Positions 43,707 through 53,391 of a stretch of DNA of 64,000 nucleotides are shown here, one piece after another. The position numbers were made by a program, and so were the translations under genes. The notes under the pieces were generated by a model. It was not told where the DNA came from, made no database searches, and worked only from the letters and a program-made list of their open reading frames with translations. This DNA is from an uncultured Clostridia bacterium (GTDB lineage Bacteria; Bacillota; Clostridia; TANB77; CAG-508), in assembly GCA_934182465.1 (NCBI GenBank), contig CAKPRG010000006.1, positions 2,368 to 66,367 of the forward strand. Direction: 5' to 3'. How positions within the stretch are numbered: position 1 is the stretch's first letter; each line of letters starts with the position of its first letter.

Positions 43707-44180
43707 TTATTCATGTTTATCTTCAATCACTTCTGTATTCATATTGCAAGGACATTCAGCTTCTAAATGAGATGCTTCACAATGTTTATCACAATCTATG
43801 TCAACACCCTTTAAACATCTGCCTTTTTTCTCACAAGTTTTGCATATTTTAATATGATCTACACGGTTAACCCAAATATCTATTGCATAGTGTTTTTTTG
43901 GGCAAAGTGGACCAAAAACAAATTCTCCATCTTTATTAGTAAAAGTATGAGAAACAGGTTTTCTTTCAAATTTGCCATCACATATTTTTACAACTTCAAT
44001 TAATTTTATTACAGCATCTCTTACAGGATCTCCGTAAGCATCTTTTAAAACACCAAAAACAGCATCTCTATTATCTTCCGGTAAAGTTATATCAACATCA
44101 AATTGTTTACCATTTTCAATTCCACCATTAATTTCTAATTTATTTCTATCACAATTTTCACAAATTTCCATAATATTCAA
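43707..44180 (-). CDS. Cys-rich protein with a central carboxypeptidase-regulatory-like (prealbumin-fold) segment
   Basis: N-terminus CENC; middle GVLKDAYGDPVRDAVIKLIEV...FTNKDGEFVFGPL..KHYAIDIW; C-terminus CKTCEKKGRCLKGVDIDCDKHCEASHLEAECPC. Confidence 0.5.
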   Translation of the reverse strand: MNIMEICENCDRNKLEINGGIENGKQFDVDITLPEDNRDAVFGVLKDAYGDPVRDAVIKLIEVVKICDGKFERKPVSHTFTNKDGEFVFGPLCPKKHYAIDIWVNRVDHIKICKTCEKKGRCLKGVDIDCDKHCEASHLEAECPCNMNTEVIEDKHE

Positions 44181-44477
44181 TCCTTTCTAAAAAATATTTT
44201 GTACTATCTAATATATTGTATGTTTAGCAATTCAAAATGTTACATTTTCAAATATCAGCCTCAACTTAAAGAACAACATTATAATAATTGCAGAAGACAA
44301 AATTAAATTATTAATAAATTTACTCATGGTTCATATACAAATCATTATATAATAATTTTTCGTGCAATATAAATTTTAAAAATATGTATAAAATAACTAT
44401 TGTATAAAAAAATAAATATATGTATAATTGTATTGATTTTTAAGAGAGGAGTGTATGTTTCGACATACTTTGTACTT

Positions 44478-45158
44478 ATGAAGAAAAATATAGCATATAT
44501 TTTAATTATTTTAGCATTTGGTATATTTATATTTGCATATAAATTTTACTTTACTTCACCTAGTTTATCTGATATTCAAAATTTAGTAAAAACTAGAAAG
44601 CAATCACCAAATATGTCTATAGTAACTAATTTTACAAGTTACTATAATAATGAAAAATCTAGTTCTTATTCTTATATTTCTTATTTAAAAGATAATGTAA
44701 ATTTTGTTACTGGAAAAAGTCAAGATGGCAGTGATTACCAAATTTTGAGTAACTACAATACTGGTTCAAAAGTATCTATTTTTCCTAGTACAAAAACTAT
44801 TATTAGTTCAAAAGTAGACACTCAAAAATTAGATGGTATATCTATTTCGGAAATTGATTTGTTATTAAATGCAACTGCATCTAGTTCATATAAATATGTT
44901 GGAAAAACACAAGTTAATTCTAGAAAATGCATTGAAATTACATTAACAAAAAATATTGATTCTTCACTTGCTGAAGAAACTCATTTTTATATAGATTCTG
45001 AAAACTACAATATATTAAAAATAAGTTCATATTCTAATAATCTTTTAACTTATGATATTACTTATTCTTACTCTTATGATTCAGTTACAGATACAAACAT
45101 AATACAATTCAATGCTGCAAATTATACTGATTATAAAATTTTAAACTCAGAAAAATAG
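44478..45158 (+). CDS. Membrane-anchored hypothetical protein (paralogue of 41694-42362)
   Basis: MKKNIAYILIILAFGIFIFAY...SYISYLKDNVNFVTGKSQDGSDYQ. The start is uncertain: no RBS of its own, and the ATG overlaps the stop of an 8-codon uORF (ATGA). Confidence 0.55.
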   Translation: MKKNIAYILIILAFGIFIFAYKFYFTSPSLSDIQNLVKTRKQSPNMSIVTNFTSYYNNEKSSSYSYISYLKDNVNFVTGKSQDGSDYQILSNYNTGSKVSIFPSTKTIISSKVDTQKLDGISISEIDLLLNATASSSYKYVGKTQVNSRKCIEITLTKNIDSSLAEETHFYIDSENYNILKISSYSNNLLTYDITYSYSYDSVTDTNIIQFNAANYTDYKILNSEK

Positions 45159-45243
45159 TAGAAAAGTGCTATGCATTTCCTACTATATAAAGACTTACAC
45201 TAAACTTTATACACAATAAAAAAATAACGCGATAAACAAAAAT

Positions 45244-45289
45244 GTGGATATTATGAAATTTTGTTTTTGACAATTTTCATAATATCCAC
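45244..45289. terminator. Long hairpin terminator between convergent genes
   Basis: GTGGATATTATGAAA-(16 nt)-TTTCATAATATCCAC followed by gtttgtttt. Confidence 0.7.
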
Positions 45290-45298
45290 GTTTGTTTT

Positions 45299-46540
45299 CT
45301 ATTCTATATTTTCATCTTTAATAAAATATTTAGTTCCTAGCATTTTATCTGGTAAATATTGTTGTTCTACCCAATGACCTGGATAGTCATGTGGATATTT
45401 ATATCCTTGATGATATCCAAATTGTTCCATTCCTTCTGCAGGTGCATTTCTTATATGCATTGGGATTGTTCCAGTATCTTTGTTTTCTACATCACTTAAT
45501 GCTTGATTTATAGCATTGTAGCTAGCATTGGATTTTTTTGAATTTGCCACATATATTGCTGCTTCAGATAAAATAATTCTACCTTCTGGCATTCCCACTG
45601 TTGCAACTGATTGCATAGCTGCATTTGCTACAACTAAAGCATTTGGGTTAGCTAATCCTACATCTTCTGCTGCTGAAATTACAATTCTTCTCGCTAAAAA
45701 CATTGGATCTTCCCCTGCATTTATTGCTCTTGCCAAATAAAATACTGTTGCATCTGGATCACTACCTCTCATTGATTTTATAAAAGCACTAATATTATCG
45801 TAATGACTATCTCCAGATTTGTCAAACATTGATTTTCTTTTGTTTAATGATTGACTTGCTATTTCATTTGTTATTTCTATAAATCCATCTGAATTCATTT
45901 TTGTTGTTAATACTGCTATTTCTAGTCCATTTAACGCTGTACGAACATCACCATTTGATACTTCTGCTATTTTTCTAATTGTTTCACCTGAAATTTTTAT
46001 TTTATAATTTCCTAAACCTTCTGGATTTTTTATAGCATTTTTCAAAATTTTTTCTATATCTTCGATTTTCAAAGATTCTAATTTTATTACCATAGATCTT
46101 GATATTAAAGCTTTGTTTACTTCAAAATATGGATTTTCTGTTGTAGCACCTATTAATATAACAGTCCCATCTTCTACAAAAGGAAGTAAAGCATCTTGTT
46201 GTAATTTGTTAAATCTATGAATTTCGTCTATAAATAATATGCATTTTCCACTTGGATTTAATAGCATATTATCAGCTTCTTCTATTGCTTTTTTTATATC
46301 AGAAACTCCAGATGTAACTGCATTTAATTTAGTAAATTTATATTTAGTTGTTTCACTAATTACTTTAGCAAGTGAAGTTTTACCACAACCTGGTGGTCCC
46401 CATAAAATTATACTAGATAATCTATCTGCTTTTATAGTTCTATATAGCAATTTATCTTCACCAAGTATCTGTTCTTGTCCTACAAATTCTTCTAATCTTT
46501 TTGGTCTTACCCTATATGCCAAAGGTTTATTTAAATCCAT
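45299..46540 (-). CDS. rarA: Replication-associated recombination protein A (MgsA/RarA AAA+ ATPase)
   Basis: LAYRVRPKRLEEFVGQEQILG...LWGPPGCGKTSLA...LFIDEIHRFNK.QQDALLP.VEDG...GATTENP...HYD.ISAFIKS.RGSDPDA. Confidence 0.9.
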   Translation of the reverse strand: MDLNKPLAYRVRPKRLEEFVGQEQILGEDKLLYRTIKADRLSSIILWGPPGCGKTSLAKVISETTKYKFTKLNAVTSGVSDIKKAIEEADNMLLNPSGKCILFIDEIHRFNKLQQDALLPFVEDGTVILIGATTENPYFEVNKALISRSMVIKLESLKIEDIEKILKNAIKNPEGLGNYKIKISGETIRKIAEVSNGDVRTALNGLEIAVLTTKMNSDGFIEITNEIASQSLNKRKSMFDKSGDSHYDNISAFIKSMRGSDPDATVFYLARAINAGEDPMFLARRIVISAAEDVGLANPNALVVANAAMQSVATVGMPEGRIILSEAAIYVANSKKSNASYNAINQALSDVENKDTGTIPMHIRNAPAEGMEQFGYHQGYKYPHDYPGHWVEQQYLPDKMLGTKYFIKDENIE

Positions 46541-46559
46541 ACTGTGCCTCTTTTATTTA

Positions 46560-47156
46560 TTATTTTCCTAAAATACTTAAGCATTTACGAATTATTTCTT
46601 CAACAGATGCATTTTCTACAGAAACATGTTCTAATGCTTTTTCTACTTCTTTTTTTGTATATCCTAATATTTGAAGAGCTGCAGTAGCTTCTTCTACATT
46701 TTCATTTGTTTCTAATACAATTTGTGTTTCTGGTGCTTTTGCTACTGCTTCTTCTGTTTTTATTTTATCTTTTAATTCTAAAATAAGTCTTTGAGCTGTT
46801 TTCTTACCTACTCCAGGTATTTTTGTTAAAGTTGCTACATTATCTGTGATTACAGCTAAAGCAAAACTTGATGGTGTAATATTTGATAAAGTTGCTATTG
46901 CTGATTTTGCTCCAATTCCACTAACAGACAAAAGTAATTCAAACATCCTTAACTCTTCCCTATTTAAAAATCCATATAAACAGATTAAATCTTCCCTAAC
47001 GTAATAATATGTATGTAATTTTACTATACTACCAACTTCTCCAATTTGACTTATTGCTAATTCAGATACAAATATTTGATATCCGATTCCATTCACATCT
47101 ATTACTACATAGTTTTGTGTTTTTTCTGCTAATTCACCTTTTATATATGCAAACAT
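46560..47156 (-). CDS. ruvA: Holliday junction DNA helicase subunit RuvA
   Basis: MFAYIKGEL...VIDVNGIGYQIFVS...LLSVSGIGAKSAIA...IPGVGKKTAQRLILELKDK. Confidence 0.9.
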   Translation of the reverse strand: MFAYIKGELAEKTQNYVVIDVNGIGYQIFVSELAISQIGEVGSIVKLHTYYYVREDLICLYGFLNREELRMFELLLSVSGIGAKSAIATLSNITPSSFALAVITDNVATLTKIPGVGKKTAQRLILELKDKIKTEEAVAKAPETQIVLETNENVEEATAALQILGYTKKEVEKALEHVSVENASVEEIIRKCLSILGK

Positions 47157-47170
47157 TATATTTCTCCTAA

Positions 47171-47980
47171 TTATTCTCCATAATTCATAACATCAATACG
47201 TTCAATTACAACATCTGTTGTTGGTTTATCGTTGCTATCTGTTGATACACTTGCTATTTTATCAACTATATCCATACCTTCATATACTTGTCCAAAAACA
47301 GTATATTGCATATATAAACTTAAATATCCTCCGTTTTCTTTATATTGATTTAATAAAGATACTGGGAAAGAACTTTTATAATATGAATACATTTGTGAAG
47401 AATATTTTGCTTGTGTTATAAAAAATTGACTTCCTATACTATTTGGTAAAGAAGACATTGCCATACATAAAGAACCTCTATAAGGAACTAAAGTATAATC
47501 TAACTCTGTGCCAAATCCACTTCCCCAAATACTTTCTCCACCAGTTCCATCACCTTTTGGATCTCCACCTTGAATCATAAAATCATTTATAACTCTATGG
47601 AATGTAAGTCCATTATAATATCCATCTTTTGCATGTGTTAAAAAGTTTTCAACTGCTTTTGGAGCTACATCTGGAAAAAATTTGAATTTAATATCTCCAT
47701 AATCTTTAACATGCATAATAGCAATTGTATCTCCATTATTTGGGTTTGATAATTGTTTTTCTGCTGCTGCTTTAAAATCTATATCACTCATTTTTGTTCC
47801 TCCATTTTCTGTATTAGTATTGCTTGTAGCATTTGAATTTGTATTTTTTGCTGTGTTTGTACTTTTACTTGAATTAGTATTTGTATTATTAGTACTTTCT
47901 TTACTTTCACAACCTGTTAATGTAAAAAGCATAATTATACTAACAACAATAAGTAACAAACATCTAATCTTTTTATTCAT
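47171..47980 (-). CDS. Cyclophilin-type peptidyl-prolyl isomerase lipoprotein
   Basis: Lipobox FTLTGC; FHRVINDFMIQGGDPKGDGTGGESIWG. Confidence 0.85.
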   Translation of the reverse strand: MNKKIRCLLLIVVSIIMLFTLTGCESKESTNNTNTNSSKSTNTAKNTNSNATSNTNTENGGTKMSDIDFKAAAEKQLSNPNNGDTIAIMHVKDYGDIKFKFFPDVAPKAVENFLTHAKDGYYNGLTFHRVINDFMIQGGDPKGDGTGGESIWGSGFGTELDYTLVPYRGSLCMAMSSLPNSIGSQFFITQAKYSSQMYSYYKSSFPVSLLNQYKENGGYLSLYMQYTVFGQVYEGMDIVDKIASVSTDSNDKPTTDVVIERIDVMNYGE

Positions 47981-48004
47981 TTAGCATTTCTCCTTATTTT
48001 AAAT

Positions 48005-48223
48005 TTATTTTGTATTAAATACTCTACCTATTCTTTCTTCTATCCATTTTAAAATACTTTCAAAAGTACCTTTTGTACTGTCATCTACTTCAACTGACAC
48101 ACCATTATCATGTGTTTCTGCTGAAATTTTACAACCTGAAAGTACAAATAAAAAAGATGTTAAAATAACAATCATTGCAAGAATTAAAACTAAATTTTTA
48201 AACTTTTTCATAAAATCCTCCAT
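48005..48223 (-). CDS. Small putative lipoprotein
   Basis: Signal sequence with lipobox VLSGC; 72 aa. Confidence 0.5.
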   Translation of the reverse strand: MEDFMKKFKNLVLILAMIVILTSFLFVLSGCKISAETHDNGVSVEVDDSTKGTFESILKWIEERIGRVFNTK

Positions 48224-48287
48224 TTGCTTTTGTATATATTTTATAATAACTTATTTTAATAAAAAAATAAATACTTTTATATCAAAT

Positions 48288-48794
48288 TTATTTTTCATCA
48301 AAATAGTTGCTAGTATCTTGCAAATCTTCAAAATTCTTTTGTCTTAAAATTTCGTAAGTAATTATAGCCACCGAATTTGATAAATTTAAAGATCTTAAAG
48401 TTGGAAGCATTGGAATTCTTATTGTTTTTTCATCTAAGTATTTTTCCAAAAGCCATTCTGGTAATCCTTTTGTTTCTTTACCATATAAAACAAAAACTTC
48501 GTCCATTACTGAATAGTCTATATCTGTATATTTTGTTTTTCCTTTTGTAGTTGCAAAAAACATATTATGTTCTTCTGGTTTATATTTTTCTAAAAATTCA
48601 TCTAAAGAATCATGCTCTTCTATATCTAATTTATCCCAATAGTCTAGTCCTGATCTTTTTAGATATTTGTCATCGATTTGAAATCCTAAAGGATGAACTA
48701 AATGTAATTTTGCACCTGTTATAGCACAAGTTCTTGCTATGTTTCCTGTATTTTGTGGAATTTCTGGTTCTACCATTACTATATTTAATTTCAT
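48288..48794 (-). CDS. trmL: tRNA (cytidine/uridine-2'-O-)-methyltransferase TrmL (SpoU/TrmH family)
   Basis: LNIVMVEPEIPQNTGNIARTCAITGAKLHLVHPLGF...SLNLSNSVAIITYEILRQ. Confidence 0.85.
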   Translation of the reverse strand: MKLNIVMVEPEIPQNTGNIARTCAITGAKLHLVHPLGFQIDDKYLKRSGLDYWDKLDIEEHDSLDEFLEKYKPEEHNMFFATTKGKTKYTDIDYSVMDEVFVLYGKETKGLPEWLLEKYLDEKTIRIPMLPTLRSLNLSNSVAIITYEILRQKNFEDLQDTSNYFDEK

Positions 48795-49040
48795 TTTTAT
48801 AAAGCCTCCATATTTTAAATATGTTTTGATTATAGCACATATTATTATATTTTAAAAGTTATTATTTCATTGCTATTTTTAAAATTTGTTGAAATCAAGG
48901 CTTTTATTGGAAAAAATGAAAATCTGTGTTATAATTAACAAAATTTTAAGATAAAATATACGAATTATAAAATAATATGATCACTTTGAATTTTTTTAAA
49001 AGAATTAAAAAATAGATTTATTACATAGTTAGGAGAAAAA

Positions 49041-51719
49041 ATGATATTTTCTGTCGAAAAGAAGCAATCCTCTATAAAGAGAAATAGAAAAAAATTAAGA
49101 AAAGAAATGATAAAAAAAGAAAACTTTCATATAAATGATTTAATAGATTATGAAAAATTTTTAAAATTATATCAATTATATGGACATGAATTAAGCGAAT
49201 CAGAATTTGCCAGTTCTTTTTTAGATCTTTCTATAAACGATTTATATACTTTGAAAAAAAATAGATGTAAAGTTTTAAAAAAAGAAGAAATTGATGATTC
49301 TGAAATAATATCATTAAAATTGAAAATGATTAAAGAACTAAATTTAAAAAGTGGACAATCATTATCATACGAAGAAATAGAAGAGTTATATAATAATACA
49401 GAAACTATATTGCCTTTAGTATTATTCGCTGAAAAAATTTTAGATGTTTCTAGTCATTCTTTATCTACTATAAAAAATAATTCTTCTAAGAAAGCAACAA
49501 TTTTTAATAACACAGAAAAAGAATATTTTTCAGAAGAACCCCTTGAACAATTGATACAAAAAATAAAAAAATTACAAATAGAAAAAACACAAAAAAATCA
49601 AATTTTAAAAGATGCAATTGCATTAGATAGAAATTTACATATAGGAGATTCAATAACTTCAACTGAATTTTCAGAATTATATGAAATTTATGGAAAAAAT
49701 TATTACACTAATTATGAATTTGCAAGGGAAATATTAGGCTTATCTGAAGGAAAAGCTAGAAATATAATAAATAAAAAAATTGATTCAATACAAATATGGA
49801 ATAATGAAAATGTATCATTAGAATATTTGTTAAAATTAAGAGAAAATATTATACAAGAAGAAAATTTACATATGCGAGATAAAATACAAGACTATCAAGA
49901 ATTCAAAAAATTATTTAAAAAATATTCAGGAATATTATCTGAGAAAATGTTTGCGACAGAAATTTTAGATATACCATTATGTAGCTATAAAAATTTAAAA
50001 GAAGGTATGTTTACAGCTGGTATTTTAACTGATATAGATATTCCAAATGATTTTTTCGTAAAACAAAGAGAAGAAATAATAAAAAATGAAAATGTTTATA
50101 ATGGACTTAGTATAAGCTATGATGAATTTTTAGAATTATATAAAAAATATGGTTTTGTTGTATGGGATACAGATTTTGCAACAAAAATTTTAGATATATC
50201 TCAAGGACAATTTGGTTGTTTAAAAAATGGAACATATAATAGAGCAAGAATATTAAGTAAAATATCTGATCAAACTAATAGAATAGATATCAAAAAATTA
50301 AGAAATATTGTTATAGAAGAAAATAATTTGCATATAGAAGACTCAATTTCTGGAAAAACATTTACTAAACTATATGATAAATACGGATTTGGAATGAGTA
50401 AAAAAGATTTTGCATATAAAATTTTAGATATAAAAGAAGCAAGATTAAATTGTATATTAAGAAATGAAAAAGATAATGCAACAATCTTAAGAAATGAATT
50501 TTTAGATAAAGAGCTTATTGATGAAATAAAAAAAGATGTATTTAGAAATAGTGGTTATAATACTAGTGATATGATAGATTATGAAGAATTTAAAGAACTA
50601 TATCAAAAATACGGAAGAAAACTTTCAGAATACCAATTTGCAGAAAAAATATTATATTTAACTAATAGTAATTTTAATATTATAAAAGAAAAAAAAGATA
50701 GGAAAACTAAAATTTTTGCAAATTTAAAATTATCCGATGCTTATATTGCAACATTAAAATCTAAAATTGTAGATAAACATCTTTTATATTATAAACAAAA
50801 TATAACTCCTCAATTTTTTAAAAAGATATATTCAAATACAAGAACAGTACTTTCAGAATCTGAATTTGCAATGAAAATTTTAGAAATAAGTAGACAAGTT
50901 TACTATAAAGCTTGTATTAGTGGTGAAAATGATACATTTAGAATATTATCCGTTTCTGGAAGTATGGAAAACAAACCTAAATTTGAAGCTAAACAAAGTG
51001 AAAGAATACAAATTATGTTAGGAAATGGTAGTTCATATACAGATTTATTAGCTTCATCAAATTTATTAAAAGAAGATTTAAAAGAAAAAATAAAAACTTC
51101 TTCTAATTTGCAATTAGCCAAAAACAATTATGTTTTAGATATTGTTAGAAACAATCAAAACGCTGAAGAAGAAATGATAAATCTTTTAGGCATAACAGAT
51201 GAAGATTTAGAGATTGCAAAAGAAAAAATAAAACAAGAAAATAATTTTTTAAAACTACAAAAAAGATGTTTTGATATTATTGATGACATGAAAGAAACTA
51301 AACATAGTAAACAAATACTAAATGATTATATAAATAGTTGTCAAAAAACATACGAAAAAGATTTAACAAAAATGCCATATAATACTCTAGAGATTTTAAA
51401 TTCAGTTTTAGAATATACAGCAACAACAAATATAGAAGATATTAAGTTTTTTATTCAGGCATGTATAACAAAAACCGATTTTTATAGAGCTAATAATTTT
51501 ATAACATATTCAATGCAAACACCAGATATAAACATTGAATTTAAAAAGAACCTACAAGAATTAAGACAGCATATAAAACATTCTATAAAAAAATATAAAG
51601 CCGTACAACTTATTTATTCTGGAGTAGATTTAAAAAGCATAAGAAAACTTACAGATTTATCTGAAACTGAAATTTTAAAAATAGCAAAAAACTTAAGAAG
51701 AGAAAAAGAAAAAATTTAA
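49041..51719 (+). CDS. 892-aa protein built from about 8 tandem ~78-aa HTH-like modules plus a ~250-aa C-terminal region
   Basis: Recurring pattern NLH[IM].D.I...EF..LY..YG...SE.EFA..ILD[IL]S.....[IL]K, eight copies seen by eye. The copies are diverged at the DNA level. Confidence 0.65.
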   Translation: MIFSVEKKQSSIKRNRKKLRKEMIKKENFHINDLIDYEKFLKLYQLYGHELSESEFASSFLDLSINDLYTLKKNRCKVLKKEEIDDSEIISLKLKMIKELNLKSGQSLSYEEIEELYNNTETILPLVLFAEKILDVSSHSLSTIKNNSSKKATIFNNTEKEYFSEEPLEQLIQKIKKLQIEKTQKNQILKDAIALDRNLHIGDSITSTEFSELYEIYGKNYYTNYEFAREILGLSEGKARNIINKKIDSIQIWNNENVSLEYLLKLRENIIQEENLHMRDKIQDYQEFKKLFKKYSGILSEKMFATEILDIPLCSYKNLKEGMFTAGILTDIDIPNDFFVKQREEIIKNENVYNGLSISYDEFLELYKKYGFVVWDTDFATKILDISQGQFGCLKNGTYNRARILSKISDQTNRIDIKKLRNIVIEENNLHIEDSISGKTFTKLYDKYGFGMSKKDFAYKILDIKEARLNCILRNEKDNATILRNEFLDKELIDEIKKDVFRNSGYNTSDMIDYEEFKELYQKYGRKLSEYQFAEKILYLTNSNFNIIKEKKDRKTKIFANLKLSDAYIATLKSKIVDKHLLYYKQNITPQFFKKIYSNTRTVLSESEFAMKILEISRQVYYKACISGENDTFRILSVSGSMENKPKFEAKQSERIQIMLGNGSSYTDLLASSNLLKEDLKEKIKTSSNLQLAKNNYVLDIVRNNQNAEEEMINLLGITDEDLEIAKEKIKQENNFLKLQKRCFDIIDDMKETKHSKQILNDYINSCQKTYEKDLTKMPYNTLEILNSVLEYTATTNIEDIKFFIQACITKTDFYRANNFITYSMQTPDINIEFKKNLQELRQHIKHSIKKYKAVQLIYSGVDLKSIRKLTDLSETEILKIAKNLRREKEKI

Positions 51720-51840
51720 TGTGCAAATTTCAAATTTATTCAATAATTATTTGAAATTTTGTTATATTATTATTATAATATTTTATATATTAATTAATTT
51801 TTTATAAATTTTTTATAAATTTACAAAGGAGGAATTTTAT

Positions 51841-52233
51841 TTGAAAGCTATTTTTCCTTGCAAAGGAACTATTATTTTAAATAAACAAGATTTAGAACCA
51901 TTAAAAGCTTTTTATAAATCAGAATTAATGCGTTCCCAAATGTATGATTTTTATAGAAATTCAAAAGATATTTTACAAGTAAACAATTTCACTTATATTC
52001 CACAAGGAATTAATATTATACTAAATAAAGATTCTTTACTTGAATTAAATACATTAAAAGAGGTGCTTGGTATAAAACAAAAAACTTCAAAGACTGTTAA
52101 ACCATCAAGTACACATATACCAGAAATTTCACCAACTGATTATTCTGAGGTTGAAAATTATGAAGATGATTTAATTGATGATGGAGATATTTTGTCTAAT
52201 CCGTTTTTTACAACTTTAAAACCATTAGATTAA
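51841..52233 (+). CDS. Hypothetical protein
   Basis: 130 aa, TTG start after AAGGAGG. Confidence 0.45.
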   Translation: MKAIFPCKGTIILNKQDLEPLKAFYKSELMRSQMYDFYRNSKDILQVNNFTYIPQGINIILNKDSLLELNTLKEVLGIKQKTSKTVKPSSTHIPEISPTDYSEVENYEDDLIDDGDILSNPFFTTLKPLD

Positions 52234-52263
52234 ATTTTATAAAAGCACGAAAGGAAATAATAT

Positions 52264-52539
52264 ATGGATAATTTTCTATTTTTAGATACAGATAATAATG
52301 AACTAAATTTAAAATTAGTTGCTTCATTTTTCTGTCCTCAAACAAAAAAAAGCTATGTAATTATTGATAATCAAGAAAAAATTTTTAGTAGTAATAGTAG
52401 TTACAATAACTTAGATGTTTTAGAGATAGCTGCTTTTTCTGGTAAAGATATTAAATTAAAAGAAATTCAAGATGATGAATGGGAAATTGTAAAAAATTTT
52501 ATTTATGAAAACATTTTTGGAAAAATAAAAGGTGCTTAA
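52264..52539 (+). CDS. Small acidic protein, DUF1292-like
   Basis: FLDTDNNELNLKLVASFF...KSYVIIDN...LKEIQDDEWEIVKNFIYENI resembles the DUF1292 pattern. Confidence 0.4.
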   Translation: MDNFLFLDTDNNELNLKLVASFFCPQTKKSYVIIDNQEKIFSSNSSYNNLDVLEIAAFSGKDIKLKEIQDDEWEIVKNFIYENIFGKIKGA

Positions 52540-52546
52540 TTTAACA

Positions 52547-53284
52547 TTAAGCACTATGATTTTCATTATATATTCCTAAAATTTCTTTTGCTTTTTGCAC
52601 TTCTTCATCTGTTGGAATTTTTACATCTTTTAATGGATATTCAATCCCCATTTCTTCCCATTTGAATTTTCCTAAATCATGATATGGTAAAATTTCTACT
52701 TTTTTTACAGTTTTTAAACTAATTATAAAATCTTTTAATTTTTTCAAATCGTTCTCATCATCTGTATACCCAGGAACTAGTACTTGTCTTATCCACATTG
52801 GTATATTATTTTCTGATAAGTAGTTTGCAAAATCCAAATTATTTTTATTAGAAACTCCAGTTAATTTTTTACATTTCTCATCGTCAATATGTTTAATATC
52901 CAATATTACTAAATCTGTATATTTTAGCAATTCTTTTATATCATCATTTATTTTTATGCTTCCTGCAGTATCTAAAGCAGTATGAATATTTTGCTGTTTT
53001 AGTTTTTTAAATAATTCTATTAAAAATTTTGCTTGTAATAAAGGTTCACCACCAGAAACTGTAACACCACCATTTGATGCATTTATATATGGTTTGCATC
53101 TTTCTATTTTTGATATTATTGCATCTGTTGTATATTCAGTTCCACCTGCATAATTCCAAGTATCTCTATTATGGCAATATTTACATTGTAAAGGACAACC
53201 TTGCATAAAAACTACATATCTTATTCCTGGTCCATCTACTGTTCCAAATGATTCAAATGAGTGTATTTTTCCTAAATTTTCCAA
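52547..53284 (-). CDS. pflA: Pyruvate formate-lyase activating enzyme (radical SAM)
   Basis: HSFESFGTVDGPGIRYVVFMQGCPLQCKYCHNRDTW (CxxxCxxC); VTVSGGEPLLQ. Confidence 0.95.
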   Translation of the reverse strand: MENLGKIHSFESFGTVDGPGIRYVVFMQGCPLQCKYCHNRDTWNYAGGTEYTTDAIISKIERCKPYINASNGGVTVSGGEPLLQAKFLIELFKKLKQQNIHTALDTAGSIKINDDIKELLKYTDLVILDIKHIDDEKCKKLTGVSNKNNLDFANYLSENNIPMWIRQVLVPGYTDDENDLKKLKDFIISLKTVKKVEILPYHDLGKFKWEEMGIEYPLKDVKIPTDEEVQKAKEILGIYNENHSA

Positions 53285-53391
53285 AATAATCCTCCTCTAT
53301 ATAATAGGAAAGTGCTCTACACTTCCTATTATACAATAAAGGTGGAGTATAACTTTCCACCTTTATTTTAATAATTGATATTATTTTTTAT

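Noticed and set aside
53285-53391. Two hairpins between pflB and pflA as a possible riboswitch
   Set aside because: They are simple stems (ATAATAGGAAAGTG/CACTTCCTATTAT and AATAAAGGTGGA/TCCACCTTTATT) placed directly after the pflB stop. This fits a partial terminator or mRNA-stability element, as commonly seen between pflB and pflA.
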